Source: Brevibacterium luteolum (GTDB taxonomy: Bacteria; Actinomycetota; Actinomycetes; Actinomycetales; Brevibacteriaceae). Taken from it: 64,000 bases of DNA. The notes under the pieces are model-generated. The model ran no database searches and was not told where the DNA came from. It worked only from the letters and a program-made list of their open reading frames with translations. How positions within the stretch are numbered: position 1 is the stretch's first letter; the number at the start of each line of letters is the position of its first letter. Location of the stretch: positions 310,001 through 374,000 of the forward strand of contig NZ_JABEMC010000003.1 of NCBI RefSeq assembly GCF_013004595.1, in the 5' to 3' direction. A program made the translations under genes and the position numbers. Positions 1 to 10,279 of this stretch are shown one piece after another.

Positions 1-985
1 GGGCCAGTTCGTCCTGCAGGTCCTCGAGCCGGGCGCGGATGTGGCGCTTCTGCGTCGAGGTGGTGAGATCGAGACCGGCGGCCAGGCACTGTTCGACAGC
101 GTCATCACAGGCGCTGCGGGAGAAGATGAAGTAGATCGCCGGTAAGAGCCGCTCATGCAGCAGTTCGCTGATGAGCGAGGTGCGCGAAGGACGCTGGAAG
201 CGCATCTGCCGAGGGTTGCGGCGATCCCGGCGGCTGGTCGGCCGGCGGGTGAACTTCTGGGTCGCATACGTCAGGTCGCGGTTGAGCTTGTGCGCGTTCT
301 TCTTGCCCGGGGCGAAGAGCGGGTAGAGATTCGTGCCGACGGCGACATGGTTGTACAGCGGCACCGGCCGGTGCTCGGAGACGATGACGTCGGTGTCGCC
401 GCGCACCTCGGCCAGCCAGTCGCCGAACTCCTCGGCGTTCGACACAGTCGCCGACGGGCTCACGAGTGCCACGTGCATCGGCAGATGGATGATGACCTCT
501 TCCCACACCGGCCCGCGGAACCTGTCGCCGAGGTAGTGGACCTCGTCGAGGACGACGAAGCCGAGCTTCGACAGGTCGGTGCCGGAGTAGATCATGTTGC
601 GCAGCACCTCGGTGGTCATGACGATGACCTGGGCGTCGCGGCGGATCGTCGTGTCTCCGGTGAGCAGCCCGACGTTGTCCTCGCCGTACTCCTCGCACAG
701 CTCCTGGAACTTCTGGTTGCTCAGCGCTTTGATCGGGGTGGTGTAGAAGGCGCGCACACCGCGTTCGAAGGCCAGCCGCACAGCGAACTGGGCGACGACG
801 GTCTTGCCGGCTCCCGTCGGGGCCGCCACGAGCACAGACTTGCCGGCCTGCAGCGACAGGCAGGCGGTCTGCTGGAAGTCATCGAGCTCGTAGTCGAGTT
901 CAGCGGCATAGCGGCCAAGCGGTGAGCCTGCCTCCTTCACTCGTCGCTGGTGAGCGGCATAGGCTTCGGCAGGTGAGAGCTCCAT
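1..985 (-). CDS. helY: DEAD/DEAH-box (Ski2-like) RNA helicase HelY, 3' end cut off by the window edge
   Basis: Manual translation from ATG at 985: MELSPAEAY...VLVAAPTGAGKT...FYTTPIKALSNQK...VVLDEVHYLGD; lies downstream of tatC as usual in Actinobacteria. Confidence 0.92.
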   Translation of the reverse strand, partial: MELSPAEAYAAHQRRVKEAGSPLGRYAAELDYELDDFQQTACLSLQAGKSVLVAAPTGAGKTVVAQFAVRLAFERGVRAFYTTPIKALSNQKFQELCEEYGEDNVGLLTGDTTIRRDAQVIVMTTEVLRNMIYSGTDLSKLGFVVLDEVHYLGDRFRGPVWEEVIIHLPMHVALVSPSATVSNAEEFGDWLAEVRGDTDVIVSEHRPVPLYNHVAVGTNLYPLFAPGKKNAHKLNRDLTYATQKFTRRPTSRRDRRNPRQMRFQRPSRTSLISELLHERLLPAIYFIFSRSACDDAVEQCLAAGLDLTTSTQKRHIRARLEDLQDELA

Positions 986-1081
986 ATCGCACCAGTCTAC
1001 CGCTTCAGAAGCGGCCCGGCTGGTGCAGGCTCGCCCGCAATCTGGGGGCTCAGGACGGTGCCGGGCAGCCGGACGAGCAGC

Positions 1082-1903
1082 TCAGACCTCGTCGAGTTCC
1101 GCCGGGTCGACCCAGGTGCCCTCGGCGATCATCCGCTTCTTGCGTTTGCGGTCATTGAGCAGGCAGATGACCCAGGCAAGGAAGAACATCAGCATCATCG
1201 GGATGACGAGGAAGAACATCGACAGTGCATCCGGTGATGGGGTTGCGATCGCCGCGAAGGCGAAGACGAGCACGACGATCCACCGCCACGAGCGGCGGAT
1301 CGTGTCAGCCGACAGGATCCCGACGAGGTTGAGCCCGACCATGAGCACCGGCAGCACGAAGGCGATGCCGAAGACGACGATGATGAGCATGACGAAGGAG
1401 AAGTAATCCTGCGCGGGCACGAAGTTCGACGCGCCCATCGGCGTGAACGTCATGAGTGCGCGCACGGCGTTGGGCAGGGCGAAGAACGCCAGGGCTGCGC
1501 CTGCGAAGAACAGCGGGACGGCTGCGGCGAGGAAGCCGAGTGCGTAGAGCTTCTCCTTCTTCGTCAGCCCGGGCATGATGAACGCCCACAGCTGGTAGAG
1601 CCACAGCGGGGTGGTGAGGATGATGCCGAGGAACAGCGAGACCTTGATCTTGAGATCGAACGGGGAGGCGACGCCGGCGAAGTTCAGGGTCGCGTCACGG
1701 CCGTCCTGTTCGGCGACCTGCCGGATCGGGGTCTGCAGGATGTCGAGGACCGGGTCGTAGAGGATCCAGCCGACGATCCCGCCGATCAGCAGACCGATGA
1801 GGCAGATGATGACCCGATTGCGGAGCTCGAGGAGATGCCCGCCCAGGGACATCCGCTTCTCGGGGTTCTGACGTCGGGGCAGACGTCTGGGAAGTTTCGC
1901 CAC
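1082..1903 (-). CDS. tatC: Twin-arginine translocase subunit TatC
   Basis: MSLGGHLLELRNR, WLYQLWAFIMPGL, ATPSPD motifs; several TM segments. Confidence 0.96.
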   Translation of the reverse strand: MAKLPRRLPRRQNPEKRMSLGGHLLELRNRVIICLIGLLIGGIVGWILYDPVLDILQTPIRQVAEQDGRDATLNFAGVASPFDLKIKVSLFLGIILTTPLWLYQLWAFIMPGLTKKEKLYALGFLAAAVPLFFAGAALAFFALPNAVRALMTFTPMGASNFVPAQDYFSFVMLIIVVFGIAFVLPVLMVGLNLVGILSADTIRRSWRWIVVLVFAFAAIATPSPDALSMFFLVIPMMLMFFLAWVICLLNDRKRKKRMIAEGTWVDPAELDEV

Positions 1904-1911
1904 CGACGGCC

Positions 1912-2202
1912 TCAGAGGCGGTCGTCGTGCCGCGGCTCACCTTCGGTGCGGGGTTCGCCGATGCGCTCCTCTGCAGTCCTCTCGGCCCGGTGGGAGCCAC
2001 CGGTGTCGGCGCGGCGCTGCGCGTCGGTGATCTCCTTGGCCTCGTCATCGGCGCTGTCATCGTCGCGGAGGTCCTTGACCTCGGATTTGAACACCTTCAT
2101 CGACTTGCCGAGGTTCTTGGCCACCATCGGCAGCTTGGCAGCACCGAAGATGACGATGATGACAAGCACGAGGATGAGAAAGTGAACAGGGGTCGGGCGC
2201 AT
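1912..2202 (-). CDS. tatA: Twin-arginine translocase subunit TatA
   Basis: N-terminal TM helix followed by IFGAAKLP...GKSMKVFKSE; RBS AAGGAG; upstream of tatC. Confidence 0.95.
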   Translation of the reverse strand: MRPTPVHFLILVLVIIVIFGAAKLPMVAKNLGKSMKVFKSEVKDLRDDDSADDEAKEITDAQRRADTGGSHRAERTAEERIGEPRTEGEPRHDDRL

Positions 2203-2274
2203 GGAGTCTCCTTTGCAATGACTGCCTCAATTGTAGTCCTTCCGGCCGGGTGCTTCACACCGCCGGATTGTGCA

Positions 2275-3267
2275 CTACCCGGCAGCGCGGTGCGGCGGCG
2301 AGCTGATCTCCTCGTACGCGGCCTCCGACTGCCGCAGCGTCTCATAGGCGGCATCGACCGGGTCGAGGGCGATGACATGCCTGCCGTGGGCGAGCAGCCA
2401 GCGCACCAGCCACGCCTGGTCGTAGACCGGCAGGGTGATCGTCACCGTGCCTGGACCATGAGTGTCATACCGTGTCTGGACCGGCAAGTCCTCCACCAAG
2501 CGGGCACCGGTGCTCGTGAGCGACATCGTCACCGTGCCCGAGGCGCCGGCCGGCTGTGTGCGCGAGGTTCCCTCCGCCTCGGGGGCGGTGGCATCGGCAG
2601 GGTCTGCCGGAGACGCGTGCTCCTGGGCGGGCACCGGGCGGATGCGGCGGATGTTGTCGAGGGCGAAGCTGCGCAGCCCGCCGGCGGTGTGGCAGTGGGC
2701 TTCGAGGTACCAGCGGCCCGACAGCCTCAGCGTCAACGGGTCGACGACCCGTTCGGTGAGTTCATCGCGGCTGGGCACATAGTAGGACAGCTGCAGGTCG
2801 TCGCCGCTGGCCAGGGCGTCCTCGACGACGCGTTTGACCTGCGGGTCGACCGGTGGGAGCACGATGTCGAAGCGCTGCCCGGACTCCCCCAGGCTGGCTG
2901 CGGCTGCGAGCTTGTCCTTCGCGCTCTCCACCGCCTCGGCATCGGGCGGATCGAGGGCGAGGATCGTCTCGAGTGCCAGTGTCAGGGTGCCGGCTTCGGC
3001 GCGTGAGAGGCGCACCGGGACGGAGACCTCCTCGGCGTTGGAGACGTAGATGCGGTCGTCCTCCCAGCTGGCTTCGATGAGGTCATCGGGCATGTGCCCG
3101 GGCCGGCCGGAGACGAAGAGCAGCTCCAGATCGTCGATGAGCTCCTCCCGGGTGCATCCGAATGCCTCGGCCACCTCATGAAGCTCAGCACCCGGATTCG
3201 CCGTCAGGTACGGGACCAAGCCGAGCAGCCGGCTGAGCCGCTCAGGTGTCGTCTGCGCCATTGTCAT
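2275..3267 (-). CDS. pafC: WYL-domain transcriptional activator PafC
   Basis: RLSRLLGLVPYL HTH N-terminus, RWYLEAHC and RSFALDNI WYL motifs; start trimmed to MTMAQ. Confidence 0.9.
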   Translation of the reverse strand: MTMAQTTPERLSRLLGLVPYLTANPGAELHEVAEAFGCTREELIDDLELLFVSGRPGHMPDDLIEASWEDDRIYVSNAEEVSVPVRLSRAEAGTLTLALETILALDPPDAEAVESAKDKLAAAASLGESGQRFDIVLPPVDPQVKRVVEDALASGDDLQLSYYVPSRDELTERVVDPLTLRLSGRWYLEAHCHTAGGLRSFALDNIRRIRPVPAQEHASPADPADATAPEAEGTSRTQPAGASGTVTMSLTSTGARLVEDLPVQTRYDTHGPGTVTITLPVYDQAWLVRWLLAHGRHVIALDPVDAAYETLRQSEAAYEEISSPPHRAAG

Positions 3268-4306
3268 CCTCCTCCCCTGCGCCGGCGGGCGAACCCGGGC
3301 CGGACTCACCGGAGACCAGCCCAGTGAGTGCCGAGATCGTCGCCTGCACATGCACGCGGTGGGCTGCGGCGAGGTCACGCGGGCTCATGACCCGCACGCT
3401 GGGGCCGAACTCGGCCAGCGTCGTCGCACACAGCTCCTCATCTTCGTACTCCAGGCTGAAGGTGTCCCAGCCGCGGGCGGTCGTGCCGGTGTGGATGCCC
3501 TCCCGGCGCAGCGGTTCGGCCCGGCCCGGGGCGATCGCGATGACCGCCTGCCTGCGGGTGCCGGCCTCCGGGCCGGGGTCGAAGTGGGCGGCGGCGTCGA
3601 AGCCGGCTGGGATCTCGTAGTCCCCGGCAGTGCGCCTGGGGGCCTTGCGGATCCGGCCCATGATGCGTGAGAGCCGGAAGGTGCGCACTGCCTTCCGGTC
3701 GACATCGCGGCCCATGAGGTAGACGCGGTTGCCGCGGGTCAGCAGCGCATAGGGCTCCAGGGTGCGAGTGGCGGTCTCGCCGCTGGTCTTGCGGTAGGAG
3801 AAGCGCACCGGCAGGCGTTCGCTTGTGACGCTGATGGCGGTGGCGACATCCCCGGGCCAGAACTCCGGGGACGGGGTGACCGACGCCTCGGGGCCGGTGG
3901 CCGGCTGACTGAGCTCGGTGCCGAGGCCGGTGAGCTTGTAGCGGGCGCGTTCGGCCTGCCCGGCTGCCGGTGAGGAGCGCCACCAGTCGGCAGCGACCGA
4001 CAGCGCAGCGGCTTCGGCAGGCGTGAAGTCGATGGCCGGCAGCTCGTAGTCCTCGTTGGTGATCCGGTAGCCGTAGACGGTGTCAGTCGAGCCGATGTCG
4101 GTCCAGTTCGTCGTCGAGATCTCGATCCCCAGCTCGCGCAGCGCGTCCTTGTCGCGGGAGAACATCCGGTCGAAGGCCTCGTCACTCAGGTCGTGATAGC
4201 CGCTGATCTTGCGCCGCAGCGTGTCGCGGTCGACCCAGCCGGAGGCGGCACGCAGGGCGATGAGCAGGTTGAGCAGCCGCTCGGTGGCCTGGCGTATCTG
4301 GTTCAC
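3242..4306 (-). CDS. pafB: WYL-domain transcriptional activator PafB
   Basis: ERLLNLLIAL, FDRMFSRDKDALRELG, RTFRLSRI; paired with pafC. Confidence 0.92.
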   Translation of the reverse strand: MNQIRQATERLLNLLIALRAASGWVDRDTLRRKISGYHDLSDEAFDRMFSRDKDALRELGIEISTTNWTDIGSTDTVYGYRITNEDYELPAIDFTPAEAAALSVAADWWRSSPAAGQAERARYKLTGLGTELSQPATGPEASVTPSPEFWPGDVATAISVTSERLPVRFSYRKTSGETATRTLEPYALLTRGNRVYLMGRDVDRKAVRTFRLSRIMGRIRKAPRRTAGDYEIPAGFDAAAHFDPGPEAGTRRQAVIAIAPGRAEPLRREGIHTGTTARGWDTFSLEYEDEELCATTLAEFGPSVRVMSPRDLAAAHRVHVQATISALTGLVSGESGPGSPAGAGEEDDNGADDT

Positions 4307-4345
4307 GCTTCTAAGCTACTACGTTTGCCCGGTACGGTTAAGCAC

Positions 4346-5494
4346 ATGATCCATTGGCGTGAAGGAACCGTCTGCGAGGTCACCAAGACCTGGCCGGGCG
4401 TCCACCAGACCCGTGTCGAACTCACCGCACCGCTGCCCGGCAGCGAGGACGGCGACCGGGTCATCAGCGCAATCGCCTACACCGACATCGTTGGCACACC
4501 GGCGGCCGGTGACCGGGTGCTCGTCAACGTCTCGGCGCTGGCCCGCAGGCTGGGCACCGGCGGTTTCGGGCTCATCGTCGCCCTGCCGGAGAACCTGCCG
4601 GCCGATCCCCCGCCGCAGCCAGGCCACATGGTCAAGGACCGCTACACGCCGCTGCAGACGATGGTGCTTGGCGTCGACGACCAGGAATCCGAGCACCACA
4701 CCATGATCCGCGACACCGCCTCGCTTTCCGGCCTGCCGGTCATCGTCGCCGATCTGCACTCGGCGCTGCCAGCGATCCTCGCCGGCATCCAGGCCACCGC
4801 GCCCGAGGCGCGGGTCGCCTATGTCATGACCGACGGGGCTGCCCTGCCGCTGTCGTTCTCCCGCTCGGTCGCTGAGCTGCGTGAGCGCGGCTGGCTGGCT
4901 GCCACGATCTCAGTCGGGCAGGCCTACGGCGGGGACTATGAGGCGGTGACGATCCATTCGGCGCTGCTGGCCGCCGCCGAGGTGGCCCGCGCCGATGTCG
5001 TCATCGTCTCCCAGGGCCCGGGCAACCTCGGCACCGGCACCCCGTACGGGTTCACCGGCATGATGGTCGCCGATCATCTCAATGCCGCAGCGTTCCTCGG
5101 CGGGCTGCCGATCGCCGTGGCGCGCATGTCGAATGCGGACGCCCGCGGCCGCCACTACGGCATCTCCCATCACACACTCACCGCTGTCGGAATGGCGGCC
5201 AACCCCGGCTGCCTCGTCCCGCTGCCGGATCTCACACAGCTGAGCGACGAGGAGGTGACGGCGGCGATCGGCGCTGATGGTGCCGATCCGCGTGCGGTCA
5301 TCGACACGGTCGATTCCCAGCTGCCCGAGCTTGCTCGCCATGACATCGAGTGGGTCGACCCGCGGGGTCTGCTGGGTGAATTGCAGCAGGTGCCCGTGCG
5401 GCTGTCGACGATGGGACGGGGTCTGTCTGAGGACCCGCTGTCCTTCATCGCCGCTGCTGCGGCGGGCACCTGTGCAGCTGGGCGGCTGGCCTGA
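4346..5494 (+). CDS. DUF3866 family protein
   Basis: MIHWREG...GHMVKDRYTPLQ...DLHSAL...QGPGNLGTGT; TACGGT -10-like element just before ATG 4346; position between FKBP and pafB. Confidence 0.8.
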   Translation: MIHWREGTVCEVTKTWPGVHQTRVELTAPLPGSEDGDRVISAIAYTDIVGTPAAGDRVLVNVSALARRLGTGGFGLIVALPENLPADPPPQPGHMVKDRYTPLQTMVLGVDDQESEHHTMIRDTASLSGLPVIVADLHSALPAILAGIQATAPEARVAYVMTDGAALPLSFSRSVAELRERGWLAATISVGQAYGGDYEAVTIHSALLAAAEVARADVVIVSQGPGNLGTGTPYGFTGMMVADHLNAAAFLGGLPIAVARMSNADARGRHYGISHHTLTAVGMAANPGCLVPLPDLTQLSDEEVTAAIGADGADPRAVIDTVDSQLPELARHDIEWVDPRGLLGELQQVPVRLSTMGRGLSEDPLSFIAAAAAGTCAAGRLA

Positions 5495-5527
5495 GCCCAG
5501 GCCAGCCGCTGAGGCTGGTTCAGCGGT

Positions 5528-5902
5528 TCAGCTGACGCCTTCGAGGTCGCACACGAAGATGAGGCTCTCGTTCGGAGCGATCGCCCCGGGGACCCCCGAG
5601 GGGCCGTAGGCCATGTGCGGCGGAATGCGCAGGGTGCGGCGTCCGCCGACCTTCATGCCCTGCACTCCTTCGTCCCAGCCCCGGATGACCATGCCGACGC
5701 CGAGCTTGAACTGCAGCGGCTGGCCGCGGTCCCAGGACGCGTCGAACTGCTCACCGGTGGAATGGGCCACCCCGACGTAGTGGACGGACACGGTATCGCC
5801 GGCCTTCGCCTCTGGGCCGTCACCGACGATGTCGTCGATGATCTCGAGCTGACTCGGCGGGTTCTCACCGGGGAAGTCGACTTCGGGTTTCGTCTTGGCC
5901 AT
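5528..5902 (-). CDS. FKBP-type peptidyl-prolyl isomerase (cytoplasmic)
   Basis: VHYVG, FDASWDRG, VIRGWDEG, PPHMAYG, LIFVCDL. Confidence 0.95.
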   Translation of the reverse strand: MAKTKPEVDFPGENPPSQLEIIDDIVGDGPEAKAGDTVSVHYVGVAHSTGEQFDASWDRGQPLQFKLGVGMVIRGWDEGVQGMKVGGRRTLRIPPHMAYGPSGVPGAIAPNESLIFVCDLEGVS

Positions 5903-5938
5903 GATTCCTCTTCTCGTAGATCGGTTGCAGTTCTCGGA

Positions 5939-6910
5939 TCACTTGCCGCCGGTGGCGGACAGGATGTCGACGACGAAGATGAGCGTGGCGTTGCCGGGGA
6001 TGCTCGGCGGCGAGCCCTGCTCGCCGTAGCCCTTGTCCGGGGGCACGATGACGAGCAGCTGCGAGCCGACCTTCTGGCCGGCCACGGCCTCGTCCCAGCC
6101 CTTGATGACCTCACCGGCACCGACGTTGAAGGAGAACGGCTCGCCGCGGTCCCAGCTGGAGTCGAAGGTCTTCGTCACATCGTCGTACAGCCAGCCTGAG
6201 TAATGGGCCTGGACGGTCTGGCCCTCTTCGACGACCGGTCCGTCGCCTTCGATCGTCGGCTCGACGACGAGCTCCTTGGGCGCGTCGCCCTCAGGGGCTT
6301 CGACACTGGGCTTGCCGGTGTCGTCGCGGGTGACCTTCGGCAGGCCAGCCGGCAGCTCCTTCTCGGTGCCCTCGGCCTTCTCCAGCGGCTCGGGCAGCTT
6401 CTCGGCGTTGACGATGTCGATGACGTAGACGAGCGTCTCCGGATCATCGCCGGACTTCGCTGCCCCGTTGAGGCTCATGAGCACCCGAGATCCGACCGGC
6501 ACGTCGATGACGGCGTCGTAGAGCGCTTCGTTGATCTGGGCCTTGTCAACGGGGAAGCCGGAGGGCTGCTTGGTGTCGTAGCCGGATTCGACGATCTCAC
6601 CGGAGTTGCCCGACACGAGCGTCATGTTCGCTGTCACCTGCTGGCCCTCTTCGACCTTGGGCCCGTCGCCTTCGGAGACGACGGTGCTCTCCGGCTTCTC
6701 GATGACCAGCGGGGCCTCGAAGGAGACCTCCGGCTTCTGGTCGGGTTCGCCGGTGACCTCGACGTCGTCAAGCGAGGTGGACTTCGCATTCGACGCGTCG
6801 ACGGTCGGGTTCTCAGCCGGATTGCCTTCGGCGCTGTCGTCGGCACCGCAGCCGGTGAGCAGCAGCGCTGAAACGGCAAGCGCGCCGATGAGGGTTCTTC
6901 GCACGGGCAT
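5939..6910 (-). CDS. FKBP-type PPIase lipoprotein with two FKBP-like domains
   Basis: Lipobox LLTGC; FDSSWDRG, VIKGWDE, PPDKGYG in the C-terminal domain. Confidence 0.9.
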   Translation of the reverse strand: MPVRRTLIGALAVSALLLTGCGADDSAEGNPAENPTVDASNAKSTSLDDVEVTGEPDQKPEVSFEAPLVIEKPESTVVSEGDGPKVEEGQQVTANMTLVSGNSGEIVESGYDTKQPSGFPVDKAQINEALYDAVIDVPVGSRVLMSLNGAAKSGDDPETLVYVIDIVNAEKLPEPLEKAEGTEKELPAGLPKVTRDDTGKPSVEAPEGDAPKELVVEPTIEGDGPVVEEGQTVQAHYSGWLYDDVTKTFDSSWDRGEPFSFNVGAGEVIKGWDEAVAGQKVGSQLLVIVPPDKGYGEQGSPPSIPGNATLIFVVDILSATGGK

Positions 6911-7017
6911 TCCTCTCAGGTCGGAGTGATCTCCACAAACGTACAGAATCTTACTGGCATGGCACTGTGCGTCACACCCACACAGGCTTGATGCTCTCTG
7001 ATGACCGGCAGGGGCGG

Positions 7018-8490
7018 TCAGACGTCGAACGAGGCAGGCTGGCCGTCGAGTCCGGCGATGAGCTTCTCGGCCTGTTCGTGCTCAGCGGAGAACGGGTCCT
7101 TGAGCACGATCGCCCGCTGCAGCTGGTCGTTGAGCCGCAGGTGCACCCAGTCGACCGTGTAGTCCTTGCCCGCACCCTGGGCTCCGGAGACGAACCGGCC
7201 GCGCAGGTGCGCCCGCGTGGTCGCCGGTGGATGGTGGCGTGCCTGCTCGACGGCTTCAGGAGTGACGGCGCGGGCGGCTGCGCCCTTGTCCTCGAACTGC
7301 TTGAAGATCGAGGTCTGCGGGGTCAGGTCGTGGTAGGCGAAGTCGAGCCGGGCGATGCGCGGATCAGACAGTTCGATGTCCCCGCGGGCGACGTAACGGT
7401 CGAAGAGCTGGCGCTTGATGACCCAGTCGATCTCGCCTGCCACGGGTGCGAAGTCACCGGTGTCCACGGCGGTGAGCATGCGCTGCCACCGGTCGATGAC
7501 ACGCTCGGCGGTCGCATCGTCGCCGAGGCTGTGGTCGCCCTTGGCGACGAGCTTCTGTGCCCGGCGCAGGTAGATGCCGAGCAGCTCCAGGGTCGTCATC
7601 GTCTGCCCTGAGGCGAGTCCGAGTTCGGTGCGGCCGGTCAGGTCGCGGGCCACCCGGCGGATGTCGCGGATCGGATTGCGCAGGCTCAGGTCCTCGATCG
7701 GCACCCCGGTCTCGATGAGGTCGAGGACGAGGGCCGCGGAGCCAACCTTGAGCTCGGTCGTCGTCTGCGACATCGACGAGTCGCCGACGATGACGTGCAG
7801 GCGCCGGTACTTCTCGGCATCGGCATGGGGTTCGTCACGGGCGTTGATGATCGGCCGCGACCGCGTTGTAGCCGATGACACGCCCTCCCACATGACGTCG
7901 GAGCGGGCGGAGAGCCCGAACTGCAGCTGTCCGGGGTTCAGCTGCGGGGTGCGGGCCGGGGCGTGGGGGTTCGCGCGGTTCGAATCGGCTGGCTTGAGCT
8001 CGGTCGTCACCTTCGCCGGGATGATCGCTCCGGCGCCGACGAGCAGCTGGCGGGTGACGAGGAAGGGCAGCAGCACGCTGGTGAGATGGGAGAAGTCCAT
8101 CGAGCGGCGGATGAGGAAGTTCTCGTGGCTGCCGTAGGAGTTGCCTGCGGAGTCGACGTTGTTCTTCACCAGGTGGGCGCGGCCGTCGATCCCGTCGGCA
8201 GCCAGCGCCTCCTGCGCCTGTGCCAGCAGCTCGACCATGATCTGGTCGCCGGCGGCGTCCTGGGCGAGCAGATCGGGCAGCCGGTCGCATTCGGCCGTCG
8301 CGTATTCCGGGTGCGAGCCGACGTCGAGGTACAGCCTCGCGCCGTTGGGCAGGAACACGTTCGACGACCGGCCCCATTCGACGACCGGGCGGAACAGGTA
8401 CCGGGCGATCTCCTCGGGCCCGACCCGCCGGGACTGCCCCTGCGTGTATGCCAGCCCGTACTCGGTTTCGAGTCCGAAGATCCGCTTCAC
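7018..8490 (-). CDS. pafA: Pup--protein ligase PafA
   Basis: RIFGLETEYG, YLDVGSHPEYATAEC, SSATTRSRPIIN, RRLHVIVGD. Confidence 0.97.
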   Translation of the reverse strand: MKRIFGLETEYGLAYTQGQSRRVGPEEIARYLFRPVVEWGRSSNVFLPNGARLYLDVGSHPEYATAECDRLPDLLAQDAAGDQIMVELLAQAQEALAADGIDGRAHLVKNNVDSAGNSYGSHENFLIRRSMDFSHLTSVLLPFLVTRQLLVGAGAIIPAKVTTELKPADSNRANPHAPARTPQLNPGQLQFGLSARSDVMWEGVSSATTRSRPIINARDEPHADAEKYRRLHVIVGDSSMSQTTTELKVGSAALVLDLIETGVPIEDLSLRNPIRDIRRVARDLTGRTELGLASGQTMTTLELLGIYLRRAQKLVAKGDHSLGDDATAERVIDRWQRMLTAVDTGDFAPVAGEIDWVIKRQLFDRYVARGDIELSDPRIARLDFAYHDLTPQTSIFKQFEDKGAAARAVTPEAVEQARHHPPATTRAHLRGRFVSGAQGAGKDYTVDWVHLRLNDQLQRAIVLKDPFSAEHEQAEKLIAGLDGQPASFDV

Positions 8491-9272
8491 TGGCCCTCGT
8501 CCTCCCGGGTTTGGGTGTCCGTGCCCGAGGCGGTGGTCGCCTCGCCGCTCCCGGTTGCCTCGCTGCCGGTCGCCTCGCCGGTGGCCGGGGCTGCGAGCAG
8601 GGCGCGCAGATCATCAGGCTGCAGGCGGCGGAACGTGCGGTGCGAGGACGCGGAGCGTTCGAGCACGGCGGCTTCGAGATCGTCGAGGTCGACGTCCTCG
8701 TCGCGTCCGGTGCCCAGCACCGTGTGGCCGATGGCGAGCACCTCGGCCAGCGGTTTGCCGGCAGTGCGCAGCCCGGACAGCCGCTTGCCGATCTCCTCGG
8801 CCTGCCCGCCGATGGCGACATGCTCGTTCTCATCGGCGACCGATCCGTCATAGGACAGGCGGAAGAGCCGGTCGCTGGAGGGATGCTCGCCGATCTCGGC
8901 GACAACGAGCTCGACCTCGAAGGGCTTCGACTCGGTGGTGAAGACACTCGCCAGGGTCTGGGCGTAGGCGTTCGTCAGCCCCCGGGCGGTGACATCGGCG
9001 CGGTCGTAGGAGAAGCCGCGCAGATCGGCGTAGCGCACGCCTGCCTGCCGCAGCGTCTCGAACTCGTTGTACTTCCCAACAGCGGCGAAGGCGATCCGGT
9101 CGTAGATCTCGGCGATCTTGTGCAGGGTCGCCGACGGGTTCTCGGCCAGCAGCAGGATCCCGTCGTCGTAGCGCAGCACGACGACCGAGCGGCCGCGGGC
9201 GATGCCCTTGCGGGCGAACTCCGCCCGGTCCTTCATCAGCTGTTCGGGAGAGACATAGAACGGTGCGCTCAT
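8487..9272 (-). CDS. prcA: 20S proteasome alpha subunit
   Basis: [26 protein letters not shown]. Confidence 0.97.
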   Translation of the reverse strand: MSAPFYVSPEQLMKDRAEFARKGIARGRSVVVLRYDDGILLLAENPSATLHKIAEIYDRIAFAAVGKYNEFETLRQAGVRYADLRGFSYDRADVTARGLTNAYAQTLASVFTTESKPFEVELVVAEIGEHPSSDRLFRLSYDGSVADENEHVAIGGQAEEIGKRLSGLRTAGKPLAEVLAIGHTVLGTGRDEDVDLDDLEAAVLERSASSHRTFRRLQPDDLRALLAAPATGEATGSEATGSGEATTASGTDTQTREDEGQ

Positions 9273-10087
9273 GGGCGGTCTCCTTCTGCACGGGAGGCGA
9301 CGACCGCAGTGGCGTACTGCAGCACCTCGGATTCGGGGATCCGGCGCACGCCGTCGGCGTCGACGACGCGCACGACCGGGGCGACCTGGCGGACGAAGTC
9401 CGGTCCGCCGGTGGCCGAGTCGTCATCAGCGGCATCGATGAGCGCCTCGACAGCGACCCGCACTCCCCCGGCCTCGGACAGGCCAGGCGACCACAGCTTC
9501 TTGAGCGCACCGCGGGCGAACCCGGAACCGGAGCCGATCGAGTGGAAGTTCACTTCCTCGTATTTGCCGCCGGTGACGTCGAAGCTGAAGATCCGTCCGG
9601 AGTCCCGGCCGGGTTCGACGCCGGCGAACAGGGGCACGACCGCCAGGCCCTGCATCGCAAGCCCGAGTCCGGCGCGCAGCATCGAGGCCAGCCGGTTGGC
9701 CTTGCCCTCTAGGGACAGCGGGGTGCCCTCGATCTTCTCGTAGTGCTCGAGTTCGAGCTGGAAGAGGCGGATGAGCTCGAGCGCCAGGCCGGCGGTGCCG
9801 GCGATGCCGATGACCGAGGCGGAGTCGGCGGCGTGGACCTTTTCGATGATGTGGCTGGCGATGAGGTTGCCGACTGTGGCCCGCCGATCACCGGCCATGA
9901 GCACACCGTGGGCGGTCTTGAACGCGATGATCGTCGTACCGTCTGGCACACCGGCCCGCTCACCGGAGCCGGCGACGAGCTGCTCAGGTGAGATGTGCGG
10001 CAGCACATCGGGGGCGACGGTGCGGGCGAAGTCGGTGAACGAGTTCGTCGTGGCTGACAGGAAGGCGGGATCGAAGCCGGTGTTCAC
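9269..10087 (-). CDS. prcB: 20S proteasome beta subunit
   Basis: Propeptide followed by G/TTIIA nucleophile site, [15 protein letters not shown]. Confidence 0.97.
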   Translation of the reverse strand: MNTGFDPAFLSATTNSFTDFARTVAPDVLPHISPEQLVAGSGERAGVPDGTTIIAFKTAHGVLMAGDRRATVGNLIASHIIEKVHAADSASVIGIAGTAGLALELIRLFQLELEHYEKIEGTPLSLEGKANRLASMLRAGLGLAMQGLAVVPLFAGVEPGRDSGRIFSFDVTGGKYEEVNFHSIGSGSGFARGALKKLWSPGLSEAGGVRVAVEALIDAADDDSATGGPDFVRQVAPVVRVVDADGVRRIPESEVLQYATAVVASRAEGDRP

Positions 10088-10278
10088 TGGCCGCCCTTCT
10101 GCACGAAGTTGCGGACGAACTCCTCGGCGTTCGTCTCCAGCACCGAGTCGATGTCGTCGAGGATCGAGTCGACGGCCTCGGTGCTGATCTGGGTCTGCGC
10201 CTGCGGGGCGACCGGTGCCTCCTCCGGCGGTTCGGCACCGTCCTTGCGATTGTGGCGGATCTGCTCCTGGCCGCTCAT
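10084..10278 (-). CDS. pup: Prokaryotic ubiquitin-like protein Pup (64 aa, ends in GGQ)
   Basis: [26 protein letters not shown]; start MSGQEQ just after the dop stop. Confidence 0.97.
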   Translation of the reverse strand: MSGQEQIRHNRKDGAEPPEEAPVAPQAQTQISTEAVDSILDDIDSVLETNAEEFVRNFVQKGGQ

Positions 10279-10279
10279 C

